From the NCBI RefSeq assembly GCF_009914755.1, contig NC_060939.1: a stretch of 64,000 nt of DNA; one strand, 5' to 3'. Below are positions 15,901 to 36,790 of this stretch, piece by piece (position 1 is the stretch's first letter; every line of letters starts with the position of its first letter). The notes under the pieces are model-generated. The model had not been told where the DNA came from. It worked only from the letters and a program-made list of their open reading frames with translations, and searched no databases. The position numbers were made by a program, and so were the translations under genes. The stretch comes from the human T2T-CHM13v2.0 reference genome, Homo sapiens.

Positions 15901-17794
15901 GTAAGCTTTGGGGAAACCCAAATCTAGGAATTATTTCATGAATTAGGACTTTAACCACTTCCCAAGGCTTCTCTGTCTTGGAGGGGAAGGCTTCTGTCCA
16001 ATTTGTAAAGATATCAACACAGACCAAGTATTGAAATCCCCTTGACTTAGGCATATGGGTGAAGTCTAACTGCCAGTCCTCTCCAGGATCATGCCCTATT
16101 CTTTGTTCCCCCAGAGGGGCCTTATGATGGACCAAGGGATTATTCCTTTGGCACACCTCACAGGCTTTGACTACTTGTTGGATGGTCTGGAGGAGATTTG
16201 GCCCCATAAATAGGGATTTGGCCATTTGATGAGTGTTCTCAATACCCATATGAAAAGTTTGGTGAAGGTTCTTAAGTATTTTCCACTGGCTGGCTTTGGG
16301 CATGAGTACTTTTCCCTCTTCTGTCATTAACCACCCTAGGGGAGAAAACTATACCACCATGAAAGTCCCCATTCTGTTTTGGTTGGGGAACACTGGGGCT
16401 TAATCTCTTGGAGACGGTTGTTCCATACCAAGGGTCCTTCCATAGGTATTTCTAATGGGAGTTTCCACCTGGCAGCAATTTTGGCCTCAGTGTCTGCCTG
16501 ATGGTTTCCTTCTGCCTTTTCTCCTTCACCTTTTTGACAGCTTTGGCAGTGGAAGACTGCCACCTCCTTGGGTTTTTGCACTGGGTGCAATAACTTCATG
16601 ATTTCCTTGGGGTATTTAATAGGGGTTCCCCCAGAGGTTAGGAACTCCCTTTCTTTCCATATTGCAGCATGGGCATGTAGAATAGATAAGCATACTTTCT
16701 ATCTGTATACACATTTATTCTTTTTCTCTTTCCCAGTTCTAAGGCTCGGATAAGTGCCACCAGTTCTGCTAACTGGGTGCTGGTCCCTGGGGGAAGACGC
16801 TTACTTTCAAGTACTGTTACATCACTAACTATGGCATAACCTGTCCTTTGTATCCCATTCTCCACAAATGAACTTCCATTGGTATATAGATTAAAGTCAG
16901 GATTAGCTAAGGGGACTTCTAAAAGATCCTCTTGGGTGGCATAAGTCTGGGCTACAATTTATTGGCAGTCATGCTTGATTGGTTCCCCATCCCATGGGAG
17001 AAAAGTGGCAGGGTTGAGGGACGCACACCTGCATATTTGAAGCACTGGTCCCTCAAGGAGTAGCACCTGGTATCTAAGCAGGCGGTTGTCTGATAGCCAC
17101 AAATTTCCTTTGGCACCTAGTATGCTGTTTACATCATGAGTAGTCCGGACAGTGAGATCCTTTCCTTGAATTATTTTGATAGCCTCTGATACCAAGATAG
17201 CAACCATCACAACTACCTGTAAACAGTGAGGCCAGCCTTTTGCTACTACCTCAATTTCCTTACTTAGGTATGCCACTGGTTGTGGGGTTGTCCCACGAGT
17301 CTGAATAAGGACTCCAAGAGCTATTCCCACTCTCTCTGTGATGTATAAAGAGAAGTTTTGTCCTGTGGGAAGGCTTAAGGCTGGAGCTTGTACTAGGGCC
17401 TGCTTTAAGATTTTGAAGGCTGTTTCTGCCTCTTGTTCCCATTCTACTAGATGAGTATTTGCCCTCTGAGTCTCCTTGATTAGCATATAGAGTGGCCTGG
17501 CCATCTCACTGTATCCGGGGATCCATAGTCAGCAACAGCCAGTGATTCCAAGGAACCCCCGCAACTGTTTTAATGTCTTAGGGCAAGGATAAGGCAGTAT
17601 AGGCTGTGTTTGTTCCTTGCTGAGGGCCCTGGTTCCTCTGGCTAAGATTAGGCCTAGATATTTGACTTGTTGTAGGCAGAGCTGGGCTTTCAGTTTAGAT
17701 GCCTTGCACCTTTGATTAGCTAGAAAGTTCAAGAGATCTAGAGTAGCCTGCTGGCATGAGGCTTCCAAACTGGTAGCCAAAAGTAAATCATCCA
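15900..17794 (-). pseudogene. ERV pol remnant, 3' part (RT thumb, RNase H, N-terminal part of integrase)
   Basis: DDLLLA..., QVKYLG, LRGFLGITG, PVAYLSK, AELVAL, HHCC zinc finger and WQLDFTHMP motifs in ORF fragments. Confidence 0.92.
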
Positions 17795-24311
<6,517 letters not shown>

Positions 24312-25250
24312 TAAATCATCCACATTCTGAAGGACCAGAGTTCCTGGACTTGGGAAGTGGCCTACATCTTGGGCCAGTGCCTGACCAAACAGATGAGGGC
24401 TATCCCTAAACCCTTGAGGCAAGACTGTCCACGTAAATTGGGATGTGTGGTCTGTGGGATCCTCAAAGGCAAAGAGAAACTGGGAGTCAGAGTGCAGGAG
24501 AATGCAGAAGAAGGTATCCTTGAGGTCCAGAATAGTGAACCATTCTGCTTCCTCTGGTATTTGAGAGAGCAGGGTATAGGAGTTGGCTACAACTGGATAT
24601 AGAGAAATTACTGCCTCATTGATGAGACTAAGATCTTGCACTAGTCTCCACTGAACATTTGCTTTTTGTACTCCTAGAATTGGAGTGTTGCAGGGCCTAT
24701 TGCATTTTCTTACTAAGCCTTGAGCTTTTAAATGTCTAACAATATACTGTAAACCTTTATGAGCTTTGGGCCTTAAGGGATATTGCCTTTGATAAGGAAA
24801 AGTGGTGGGGTCTTTTAGCCTGATTCGAACTGGCTGGGCATTTTTTGCCCTTCTGAATTGTCCTTCCAATGCCCAGACTTCAGAGTTGATTCCCTCCTCA
24901 AGTAGGAGACAACAAATGGGTAACTTGTCCCCCATATTCATATCATATCAGTAATAGCTCCAGCTTTGGCTAACACGTCCTTCCCTAATAAGAGTGTGGG
25001 ACTTTCAGGCATAACAAGAAAGGCATGTGAAAAGAGCAAAGTCTCTGAATTACAACTGAGGAGGTGGGAGAAATACCTGGTTACAGGCTGTCCCAGGATT
25101 CCTCGGATGGTAATGGACTTTGAGGACAGTGGTCCGGGGCAGGAGAGTAACACTGAGAAGGCAGTGTCAGTGTCCAGGAGGAAATCAATTCACTGGCCCT
25201 CAATGGTTAAAGTTACCCGAGTCTCAGAGAAGGTGATGACATGAGCTGGC
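24312..25250 (-). pseudogene. ERV pro and 5' part of RT (remnant)
   Basis: Protease FLLDTDTA (DTG mutated); RT motifs NTPILGVQK, WRLVQDL, LDLKDTFF, WTVLPQGFRDSP, QNVDD. Confidence 0.92.
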
Positions 25251-26722
25251 ACTTGCCTTGGGCATCCTCAGTCCTGTTGTTGGATCATCTGGTTGGGGGT
25301 TCTGGCCTAGAGAACCTTTGTCCTCCAGGACATCTTCCAGTGATTGCCTTGGCATAGTGGACATGGGCGAGAGGGTGGCTTGTTTCTCATTGGACAATCT
25401 TTTTTGAAGTGTTCTTGCAAACCACACTGATAACAAGCCCTACCAGGTTATTGGCCTTCTCCATTTTCTCTCCTCTCTGAACCACCAAGGTTTGTTCATG
25501 TGAGGGCCATGAGTTAGGCTGTGGCCTTTCTCTGATCTCGCTTTTCCTTCTCAGCCTGTTCCTCTTGGTCCCTGTGATAGAACACCAAGGTTGCCAGCTT
25601 TAATAATGCCTCCAGATTTTGTTCAGGGCCCAGGGCTCACTTTTGGAGCTTTCTCGTGATATCTGCAGCTGGTTGCATAATAAACTTATCCTTTTGGATT
25701 AATTGACCCTCAAAGGAGTCAGAGGACAGGGGAGTATATTTTCTTAAGGCCTCCCATAGCCACTCGAGGAAGGTGGATGGATTTTCTTCCTTTCCCTGAG
25801 TTATGGTGGACATCATTGAATAATTCATGGGCTTTTTCCTAATTCTCTTCGTCATTCTAGAACACAGGTTAACAGATGTTTGCGACTCCAGTTCCCATGA
25901 TCTGAGTCAAGGTCCCAGTGGGGATCAATACTGGTGATGGCTTGCTGACTGGTAGGGAATTTGTCCCTTTCTTTGGCTGTCATTCTATCATTTACTTGAC
26001 TAAGATACCAAGTATCTCCAAACTCTCAGGCTGCAGCTAAACCTGCATTCTTTTCATTAAAGGCCAGGGTTTGATCTAACAATAGCATGACATCTCTCCA
26101 AGTGAGGTCGAAGTTTTGCCCTAGACCCTGTAGGACATCTATATACCTATCAGGATCATCTGAAAACTTCCCCAGATCTACCTTGATCTGCTTTAAATCA
26201 GAGAGGGAGAAGGGGACATGTACCCAGGTTGGGCCAAATTCCCCTCCCCCTACAGCTTGAAAAGAACATAACCAATAGCCCAGAGGTTTTTGTGGCCCCT
26301 TGGAGATTTCTTTGCTTGTTTCCTTCTGGGTGGGGGAGATTAGAGGAGGCTCATCATTAATAGGAAGAGGAGCTGTAGGGAGGCTAGGATATGGGGGTAA
26401 GCTGAGAGGTCCTCCTGTGGAATGTAGGTTGCAAGCTTTGCATAGTTGTGGATTGTCCTTCAGTGAAAAGAAAGCTTGGACATAAGGTATTTCACTCCAT
26501 TTGCCTTCCATCTTACAGAAAAAGTCAAGCTGCAGGATAATACTGTAATTTATACTTTCCACAGGTGGCCATTTTTCCCTATCAGAGAGAGAATATTGGG
26601 ACCAGGCCACAGTGCAGAAAAAAATAAGCCTCTTCTTTTTCAGGGCTTGCAGGTCAAATTCATCCCAATGGCTTAGGATGCATTTCAAGTGTGAGCCTGT
26701 TTGATGCCTGAGTGTTTCCCAT
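25250..26722 (-). pseudogene. ERV gag remnant
   Basis: ATG GGA AAC (MGN) at 26722 followed by a frameshift; PPYP late domain, MHR QGKEENPSTF, CCHC knuckle near 25390-25436; in-frame TGA at 26026. Confidence 0.9.
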
Positions 26723-27888
26723 CTAAAAGAAAAAACTGCCCATGATTTTGGTTCATTTTTTTATCCCTGACCAAAAACTTGCAACGGTCCCTGGACCCTG
26801 CTGTTCAGAATAGTTGTGCTCACTGAAGCAGCAGCAGAAACACTAGTTTTCCTCCTAGACGACAAAGAGGACTGAGGAAGGTCAGATTTAGTGGCCCTTA
26901 CCAATGCATTCTCGAAAACCTGCACCCTTGCCTTTCCTCTTAGACCACAAAGAGGACCGAGAAAAATCGGATTCAGTGGCCCTTACACATTCTCGAAAAC
27001 CTGTTAGTTAAGAGTCCTAAGCATTTTCTTCTGTTGGTATTGTGACCTTACCCTTGTCCTATAGAGAAGATATGCCTCAAAATGGAGTGGAGGGCCATAC
27101 TTGAAGGAGGGAAGGGATCGCCAGGGTTGTAAGAGTGATGCCTTTTGTCCTCACTTCTCATCATATGAATAGGAAGGATATCCCCCCTCCCAATTTTGGA
27201 ATCTATAATTTCTGAGGCTCTGCATATCTTAGCTTTGGGAATAGCCTTTGTTAGGCCTACTCGTCTGTAGAGGGATCCTAAAATTCCAGATAGTCCCTCC
27301 GAGATAGGGCTTCGGGCAATAATTATGTCTTTCTGATTGGTGAGCCTGGGTGCCTCAAAAAGGGAACAGAGTCCCGAAATTTATACAAAAATAATTCTTA
27401 TAGGAGAAACTTGAAAAGCACCAGGGACAGGGAGTGGTTTTTAGAAGCAGGATTACCCTTGGAGAACAGAGGCAGGAGGAAGTTTGTCTGACAGGCATTA
27501 GGACCCAGGAGGCAAGGATCAGGATAGATAGGATAGATGGACAAGTCTCACTTGGGTGATGTAACTTTGAGAGTCTGCTCATGGCTGCAAGGTCAACCAA
27601 CTTTTGTTAGGACCCCAGAGTGAATGGCTTTCCTCTCTGTTGACCCTTAGCTCAGCCCGGAAGTACAGGAGAAGCAGAAGCTGTTTCCAGGCAAACCAAT
27701 GCTCCTAACTCCAAAGAGTTGGGGGGTTTTTAGAGAGCCCTTTCCTAGAAAGCCTGACACCCGTGTCTTATTCTGGGGGCCACACTAGTTCCTTCTAACT
27801 GGCTGACAAGTGCTTGGTGTTTAGCCCCCGAATTCTAAGGAAAAATAGGACAGAATAGCAAGTGAAATGGTACTCACTGCATGATGCT

Positions 27889-27906
27889 ATCCTGGATGAG
27901 CCCCCA
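27889..27906 (-). promoter_or_regulatory. Primer binding site, tRNA-Pro type
   Basis: TGGGGGCTCATCCAGGAT matches the tRNA-Pro PBS TGGGGGCTCGTCCGGGAT at 16/18; both differences are CpG decay. Confidence 0.85.
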
Positions 27907-27909
27907 AAA

Positions 27910-28696
<787 letters not shown>

Positions 28697-29624
28697 TCAG
28701 ACTTTGCCCAGGAATGAACAAGGACAGCTTGGAGGTTAGAAGCAAGACGGACTTGGTTAGGTTGGATCTCTTTTACTGTCTCAGTTATGTTTTTGCAATG
28801 GCGTTTTCAATCCCTTCCTTTGGGTTTTATAACACCTTAATCTTAAGGTGTTGGCTAATGAAGATGGAGAAAGGGCAAAGACCACTCTAACTTCTTCCTG
28901 CTGACCAGGGGCATAGTCGGGGTAGGTGTTGACCCCAAGGTGAGAGGACTGGAATCATTTTGCTACTGTCTGAACATACTCACGCAGGATGGCTGAAAAA
29001 TGTGTTAGTATTGTCATCTATAATTTTAGTATTGCATTTAAGGGAACAGCACACTACAAAGTAAATAATGAGTTCTAGCATAAGGCATGCAATTCCAACT
29101 TTTAAAAGTAAAGATTTGAAAACATTAATTTGGAGACTTGTAGTCCATGAATAATTTAGGATTTAGTCCAAACTGCAGAAAAAACTCAAGAACAACTAAC
29201 AATGATTGTTTTTTATTTTTGGAGCATAATTTTTCTGTCTCCAGTCCCCATTTTTTAATTAAAAATAAATCACAGTAGGTCAACTTTACTTGCAAAATAA
29301 GTTTTAGTCTTATTATGCTCTGCCTGATTACTTGCATAAGTGCAGCAACAATAATTATTGTTCACATAGGCTTTTTAAATTGGCTTTGATGGAACTCTGT
29401 TCCATAAGGAATCTCAAACAAGACTTTTTTAAAGCCAGGCCAAGCCCATGGGTTTGTACCCTCAAATAACCATGAGTTGGGTCAATTCCTCTCCTCTTGA
29501 GGTCCCAAGATAACTTGGGGCTCCTGGGCCTGTTAGAAAGTGACATTCTTTACTCACCACAGATCAGGAACCCTGTACAGGGACTGTGTAGACAAGGCAT
29601 GAGGCCAGTTTTCCCAAGGGGCTT

Positions 29625-29932
29625 TGTTTTCTCTGTTTTGTTTTGTTTTTGAGACAGGATCTTGCTCTGTCACCCAGACTGGAGTGCAGTGATGCAATCT
29701 CTGCTCACTGCAACTCCATCCCCCAGGCTCAAGCAATCCTCCCACCTCAGCCTCCCAAGTCGCTGGAACTACAGGCATGTGCCACCACACCCAGATAATT
29801 TTTGTATTTTAAGTAGAGACGGGGTTTCACCAAGTTGCCCAGGTTGGTCTTGAGCTCCTGAGCTCAAGCTATCTGCCTGCCCCGGTCTCCTAAAGTGCTG
29901 GGATTGCAGGCATGAGCCACCATGCCTGGCCT
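29625..29932 (-). mobile_element. AluJ-like inside the LTR8 provirus
   Basis: Antisense Alu with TSD caag(g/a)ggcttt. Confidence 0.9.
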
Positions 29933-32900
29933 CAAGAGGCTTTTATTCCTTAAAGGCAAGCATACGATTCCAGTCAAAGCCTTGGTAAAATAACCAGTTT
30001 CTTCAATTTTGTCCTGTTGCAAATGAAAACATTCTTATTGCACTTATGGAAGTAACTATATTGCCATAAGAATACTCACAAATAGTTACCAAATCCTGGC
30101 AAAATCAGGAAGAGAGAATCAAATATGCTCCAAATTTTGTTTACAGATGTGTACTTTACTCAATATTAAAAGCTGTAAATAGCTCAAAAGAAAGGTTTTC
30201 TTGGCTCTGAAAAACAAAAAATGATCAGCAATGTTTTAAACAAAAAGTCAAAAAAAGTTGCCTCAGTCTTCTATTAGTTCAGCCCATGCAGTTAACTTCC
30301 ATTCTGCTTAGTATTCATGAACATTTCAGCTCTCAATGAGAGTCCTGAAAGTTTTTCCTCTATTCTAATGTCACAATCTCCAAAGTTTTCAGAAACCTGC
30401 ATTTAAGAGCACCTGTCAGAGTGTTATAGCTGATTATAAAACCATTTAAAGAGGATCAAAAACAATAATTGTCTGTGGATGACAAAAAGTTTTAGGCCAG
30501 CCACAGTTAAAGACACAATTGACAAGGAAATTTGTTACTTCTGGGGAACACAATAATTTAACATAGCAATTATAATTATTAATGATAACATATACAAAGT
30601 CATATCAGAATTACAGGAGTTTCACATAATTTTGGAACATATATCAATAACACAAAAATCTTTTTCAAAAGAGAAAACCAAATTTCATGTTTGCATTAAT
30701 GCCTCTTTAATGCTAAAGCTAGTTTTTAAATAAAATGTTATAAATTATCCAGTTTTAATTAGTTTGACCATAAGGTAAGGTTTTTATAAACTTTTTTAGA
30801 ACACTTTACAATTTTCCATTAAACAGCAGATTAATTTTCTAAGAAAACCCTTTTGTTTAGACACAGGGGCCCAGATTCTGGCCCGGCATTAGTGTGCTTT
30901 TATGTTCAACATACAGAAAAAAATTAAATAATCCCCTTCAAAACTTAAGACCAACCCTTCACAAACACTTTTCAACTTGCTTAAACCTTCAGTTTTGTCC
31001 TGTTACTCTTTTAGGTTAAGACGATCTTTAAAGCCCTCTGAACTAGACAAAATTACATTCCCTTTGACAAAAGCCATATTCCCTTACCTTATTTAATCCT
31101 TTAGCTAAAGCACATTCTACTTTCCTTACACATCTTGCATGTAAAACAATTTCTCCAGCAGTCTCAATTACACGTTACAACGTTAACACTTAGCAACTTT
31201 TGTTTTTGATGAAAACCCTGATAAATAAGTGGTTTTAATTATGTACTAAGTGTGGAGCCTAGGACATCAGACAGAAATGCAGATAAGGTCTGCCTCCAGC
31301 ATAGCTAGGGGGCATGGCTAATTCCACATGTCCCCAGACCTTAGCTAGAATTTCTAATGGCTCCAAAGTAGGTAAGTCTAACAATTTTCGAAAGTCAAAG
31401 AAACAGTTTATGACTTTAAAGCATTTAGCAAACCTAACATCTGACCTTATTTAGACCAAACATCTAAATTGTGAAGACATTTTTTATTTACCAGTGATCT
31501 TTAAAACTGTTTTTATTTCCAAAAGATCACTGAAATTATGTGAACAAACAGGCATTAAAAAGTTTCTATTTTTCTGACAAAATACTTGATTTAAGTGCTT
31601 ATTTTTCTAAGCCAATTAGAGCTCTTTTATACAAACATCATGCATACAACACATATACATAGACAGACAGACAGAAGATCTGGTACTTGTAAGATTTTTC
31701 ATTTGCTAGTTTCTTAATTGGATTACTGGCTTCAAGGTGACACCCTTGGAGGAACAGCACCAGGAAAGCATGGCATTTCTAGGGCCCAATAAGAAGGCAT
31801 AGCTAGAAGGCAAAAACATATCCCCAAAATTAAGGGTGCCATTTGTATACTGCATCCTGGATCCCCCCAAAAGAGGGAAATACTATGGGAGAAGATAGTG
31901 CAATACTTCTACCATGCATGTCATTGCAAAGCAACCCAAAGCCAATTAGCCCATTTTGAAATCAGCCCATCCTCCATGGGAGTCTCCTCTCAGTTCGGGG
32001 TGGGGATATTTCCATACCTTCCAGGTGGCCAAGAGCATGCTTCTCTAATCCAAAAATCCAAGAGCCAAGTATCCCTCTTAACTGCTATTAGTTATCCCTT
32101 AAAGTATATTTCCTACCTGGTTATTACACACCAAGACTAAAAGCTCTCAAATAATGCAAAGTAATTTTTGATACCTGCCAAAGTAAAAAATGTCAGGTAA
32201 TGTAATATAAAACAGAATACAGCCTTAGATTTTGAGAGGGATCTATTCTCTTTCAATTCCTAGGGTTCCATGAGAAAAACAGAGCTTTTTCCCAGAATGG
32301 GGTCTGTGGCACCTCCTCTGTTTTTCCCTAAGAGTCCCAGGCTGTTAGAATTTATCTTAGGTTCTTTCATGTGGGCATCAAGAGTGTTGAGAAGACAAAA
32401 GTGGAGAAAAACAATTCAGTCAACTGAGAAGAAAAAACCTTTTTTTTCTTTAGAAAAATAAGATCCAAGAAGAGAAAAAAAAGTAAAGGTATTTTAAATA
32501 TATGTACAGTTTGGATATCTGCTTTTAATGAAGCTGATTTTAACCATACAGCTCTTTAAAAAATTATTTTTTAAATATCTAATTACTAGACTCTAGCCAG
32601 CACAGACAGTCAATGTTCCTTGCTTTTGAACTTCACCACAGGTAACTTCCCATGTGAAATTAATGTTTTAAATAAGGTTATAATGGATACACATGGTGAT
32701 TCAAAGAGAGAGTAATCAGTTTCTTTCTTTTTTTTTTTTTTTAACAAGATTTAGAATCTTCCCAAGGTAGTTCAAAGGAAAACTCAAGAGGAGAAATCAA
32801 AAGTGGTCCATGGGGGAAAAAGAATCAATAAGGGTCAAAAAGTTACACAAATAAACCAGAAAAGACTCATTCCCTAAGCCAAGAATTGAACCTGGGATGC

Positions 32901-33419
32901 CATTGTCAAAAGACAAGGCCTTAGCTACTGAGTTACAGCATTGAGCAATTTCTATTGCTCTTCCTAGAAGAAGCCTAGAGCAGCCAATTTTGAGCTTGCA
33001 AAGGCTTTTAACTGCTCAAGATAACTTTTAGGGTTAACTATGACATGAATCCCCAAATTCCTGTCCTCTGGGTGGCAGAGACCAAGAGAAAGTATCCCCA
33101 CATGGTCACAAGATTGGGCTCTTAAGGACACAAAACAAACAGATAAATTTCATCTAGTATTGGTTTCAGGGACACACAGCAAAGTTTGTAACTGAGCAGC
33201 CTGCCAGGATGGCTTGAAAAGTGGGCTTACAGGAGTCTTAAACCCACATTCTATTCTGTGATTCCCTTCTCTCCATTACAGAAGAACACAGAAAGACAAA
33301 TTCTTAGCACAAAGTACACCAGATTTGCTACCACCTAAGACTAGTCTCACAAATGCTTTCTTCTACTAATCAAACCCTTGCAGAGGAGACAAACAGTGAT
33401 GTTTATCATTTATACAAAT

Positions 33420-33472
33420 ACACACACACACATACACACACAGAGAGAGAGAGAGGAGAGAGAGAGACAGAG
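33420..33472. repeat. (CA)n(GA)n microsatellite
   Basis: Directly visible. Confidence 0.9.
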
Positions 33473-34159
33473 ACCAGAAACTCGGCTGGTGAGAAATTCT
33501 TACCCTTTTTACCAGCATACCAGATTTCTGTGTTCCCTTTCTCTGAAGCTTCCAGAAGAATGGAGCAGCTTTTGATGAATCTGCTTACTGTGCCATAGCT
33601 GTGGGGGCCAAGCCCTGTTACAAAAGAAAATCATCCATTTCTGTTTTATGGAACCGTAGGCAAAAGCTTCTCACTTTTGCAAGATGCTGCCTGACGGGTT
33701 GCATGGGGAACTGAATTAATATTTTCCATCCCAGCCGAAGCAAAATACACATAACTAAACAGACACTAGTCACCTCGTTCAGCACCCAATATTGACCTGG
33801 CAAGGCTCAAATTTTCTCATGTTGGTTCCTATAGTCTTTGATCCACTCCAAGTGGAGAGGGATGACTTCCAACCGGTAATTAAATGGGTGGTCTCTGGGC
33901 AAGATGAAGAGTGGACAGTCACCCCATGTCAGGCCTGTTGAGCTTTCTTCAGGGCTCACCAGATGTAACCTGACTTACGGAGGGTTCTCTGAGTTAGGCC
34001 TGCTGGACTTCCATCAGCAATTCCCTCAGAGATCCCCTCAACATATACAAACACACACACAACAAAGACAAGACAGACAGAAGGCCTTTGAGACACAGAT
34101 TCCAGACCCAGTCACAAACCAAGAGTATTCCTCCAAACAAGTCCCCCTATTCTCCATCC

Positions 34160-34500
34160 AATTAGATACCCCACCAGTAGACATCTCGTGATGGGGCTAA
34201 AAACAGACACACCATGATGGGGCTACAGACAGACATCCTGCAAGGCAACCAAGAGACAGCAGCACGTCCAGAGAGGCTGACAAATAGGAGAAGGAAGGGG
34301 CTGTTGGCAGCACCTAGAATACTCACCAAATCAGATACCCCATAATGGGGCTACAGCTACAGACACTACGTGATGGGCTACAGACAGACACCCAGTGATA
34401 GGGCTAGAGTCTCAGACATCCAGTGGTGGAGCTGGAGACAGACACCCCACCATGGGGCTACAGACAAACATTCCAGCATGGAGCTACAGTTATGGGATAT
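34160..34500. repeat. Degenerate ~27-30-bp tandem array in the ERV leader
   Basis: Repeated units resembling cagacaccccRYgatggggctacaga. Confidence 0.8.
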
Positions 34501-36624
34501 CTCCCAGGACTATTTCTGTATTGCAATTAAATCCATGCCCATTGGATCAGCAGCACCCCACCAGTAGAGCCTAGAGTCCAAGAGAACTAGGTGGCCACTT
34601 GGGCTGGCCTCTGGATCTGTTGCTGGAGGGAGTCTACCAAACCACGGGCAGGCAGCCACAAGGGCAAGCCCCAGCAAGCCCCAAATTTGTAACTGCCCAT
34701 GGGTTCACCTTGTCTGCTGCCTAGACAAAGTTAATTTATCCAGACAGGGGAACTGCAGTAAAGAAAGTAACTCATGCAGAGCCAGCTTTGCGGGAGACTG
34801 GAGTTTTATTATTACTCAAATCAGTCTCCCCAAGCATTCAAGCATACAGAGATCGGCGTTTTTAATGATAATTTGGAGGGTGGGGGAAAACCAGTGAGTC
34901 AGGAGTGCTGACTAGTTGGGTCGGAGGTGAGATCATAAGGGGTCAAAGCTGTCTTCTTGGGCTGAGTCAGTTCCTGGGTAGGGGCCCCAAAATCAGATGA
35001 GCCAGTTTATCAATCTGGGTGGTGCCAGCTGATCCATCAAGTGCAGGGTCTGCAAAATATCTAAAGCACTAACATTTCATTTTATAATAGTGATGTTATC
35101 CCCAGGAGCAATTTGGGGAGGGTCAGAATCCTGTAGTCTCCAGCTGCGTGACTCCTAAACCATAATTTCTACTCTTGTGGCTAATTCATTACTCCTACAA
35201 AGGCAGTCTAGTCCCCAGGCAAGAAGGAGGTTTGTTTTGGAGAAGGGCTGTTATCTCTGTTTTAATCTATAAATTAAAAACTAAGATCTCCCTGAAGTTG
35301 GTTCAGACCATGCCCAGGAATGAAGAAGGACAGCTTGGAGGTTAGAAGCAAGATTTTAGGTCAGATTTCTTTCACTGTCTCAGTTATGATTTTGCAGTGG
35401 TGGTTTCACAGACACACTGCTAATCCCCTTACCTAATCCATTAGACTTTGCCCCAGCCCTTGAAGTTGTCTCCCCTGGCCTGCCCAACACACAGGGCACA
35501 GCCTGTACTTTCACCAGTAATCACCCCTTCCCCAAATGCACTGGAATCCCACTGATGACAAGGCCTCATTTCTTAACCAGGATGTGGTAAAGTGTTCTAT
35601 ACAGTATAAAAGCCCCCAAAAAATTTGGTGATGAAGACGGATCAATCTCTGGAGCCCCAGTAATGACAAAAAAGGAAGTGTGTATGTGTGCGCACGCGTG
35701 CATGTGTAGGTGCGGGGTGGGGGAGCATTACAAGATGTACAAGGCAGTGGAATGGATTTTTGCAGTGGAATGACTTATGGAATCAGTCAGGTCCTTTGCT
35801 TTTAGATACCTCCCACAGCTCTTAGCTGTGCATGACTGGTTCTTTCAGTAGCTCCTGCTCTTAGCAGCTAAGAAGGTCTTGCTTGGAGAGATGAGGTACT
35901 TGCCTTCACTTACCCACTGAATTTAAAACCCAGTTTAACCCTCCTTGCTTTATGGGGTTTCCTCACAGTCTTCTAAGCATGTCCTTCCAATGGGTGAAGC
36001 TGAAGGAGAAGACCCCAGGAATGGCTTAAGAGCTGAGGGCCACTTTAAGGAGACACTCCTTGGACTTTAAATTATGAAAACAAAACACAGAGAACCAAAG
36101 CAAAAGCCACTGGAATAATGACATAATGGCCACACTGGAGTTGTATTTGTTTTCTCCTGAGCAATAACACTTTAAAGCTGTCTTGAAGGTTGTTGCCTGG
36201 TAGCAGAGATTTGGAGGAGGGGAAGGCAAATTTAGAAATATATTCTATGACTAGGGCTCTTTATAGAGAAAGTAAAAGGAAGAATTGATAAGGATTCTGT
36301 TTTTTCAGAGCAGAAGAACTTGATAAGGAGTCTTAAGAAGCTGACATTTTAAAAACAAAAAAAAAGTTGTTATTATAGTATTGTGACATTCTGCATAATT
36401 TCCTAATGAAGACCAGCATTCATAGTGCTGAGGAACAGACTTTTCCAGGCATTTTACTGAATAAGCTGTAAAATGCTGCCTTTGACTTTGCTGGTGGCCT
36501 GCTTGGCATAGCTTCTCTAGGTCTCTGCTTAACGTTCCCAGACAGCACAGCACTTCGAAACACTCTCCCCACTGAATACAACTAACAAGTTCTTGATAAA
36601 TCTCTACTATCAAAACTTATTTGG

Positions 36625-36790
36625 ATTCTTACCTGGCAGGGGAGATGCCATGATCATGAAGGTGGTTTTCCCAGGCTGAGGCTCATCCATTGCACTCCAT
36701 AGGTGTGCTTACCACTGTGATTTCCCCAAATGCGGGAAACTCAACAGCATAATTTGTGGTAGTGAGGAACTGCATTCGTGCTTTCCCCTG
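36625..36790 (+). pseudogene. Processed U1 snRNA pseudogene (RNU1-nP type)
   Basis: Full-length U1 homology (attcttacctggcaggggag...aatttgtgg...ctttcccctg), A-rich tail, 13-bp TSD aaaact(t/c)atttgg at 36612-36624 and 36811-36823. Confidence 0.95.

Noticed and set aside
26847-27003. ~80-bp tandem duplication in the HERV9 leader
   Set aside because: Probably a family-wide leader feature rather than something specific to this locus.
34160-34500. CRISPR-like repeat-spacer array
   Set aside because: Primate ERV leader context, degenerate units without unique spacers, and no cas genes.
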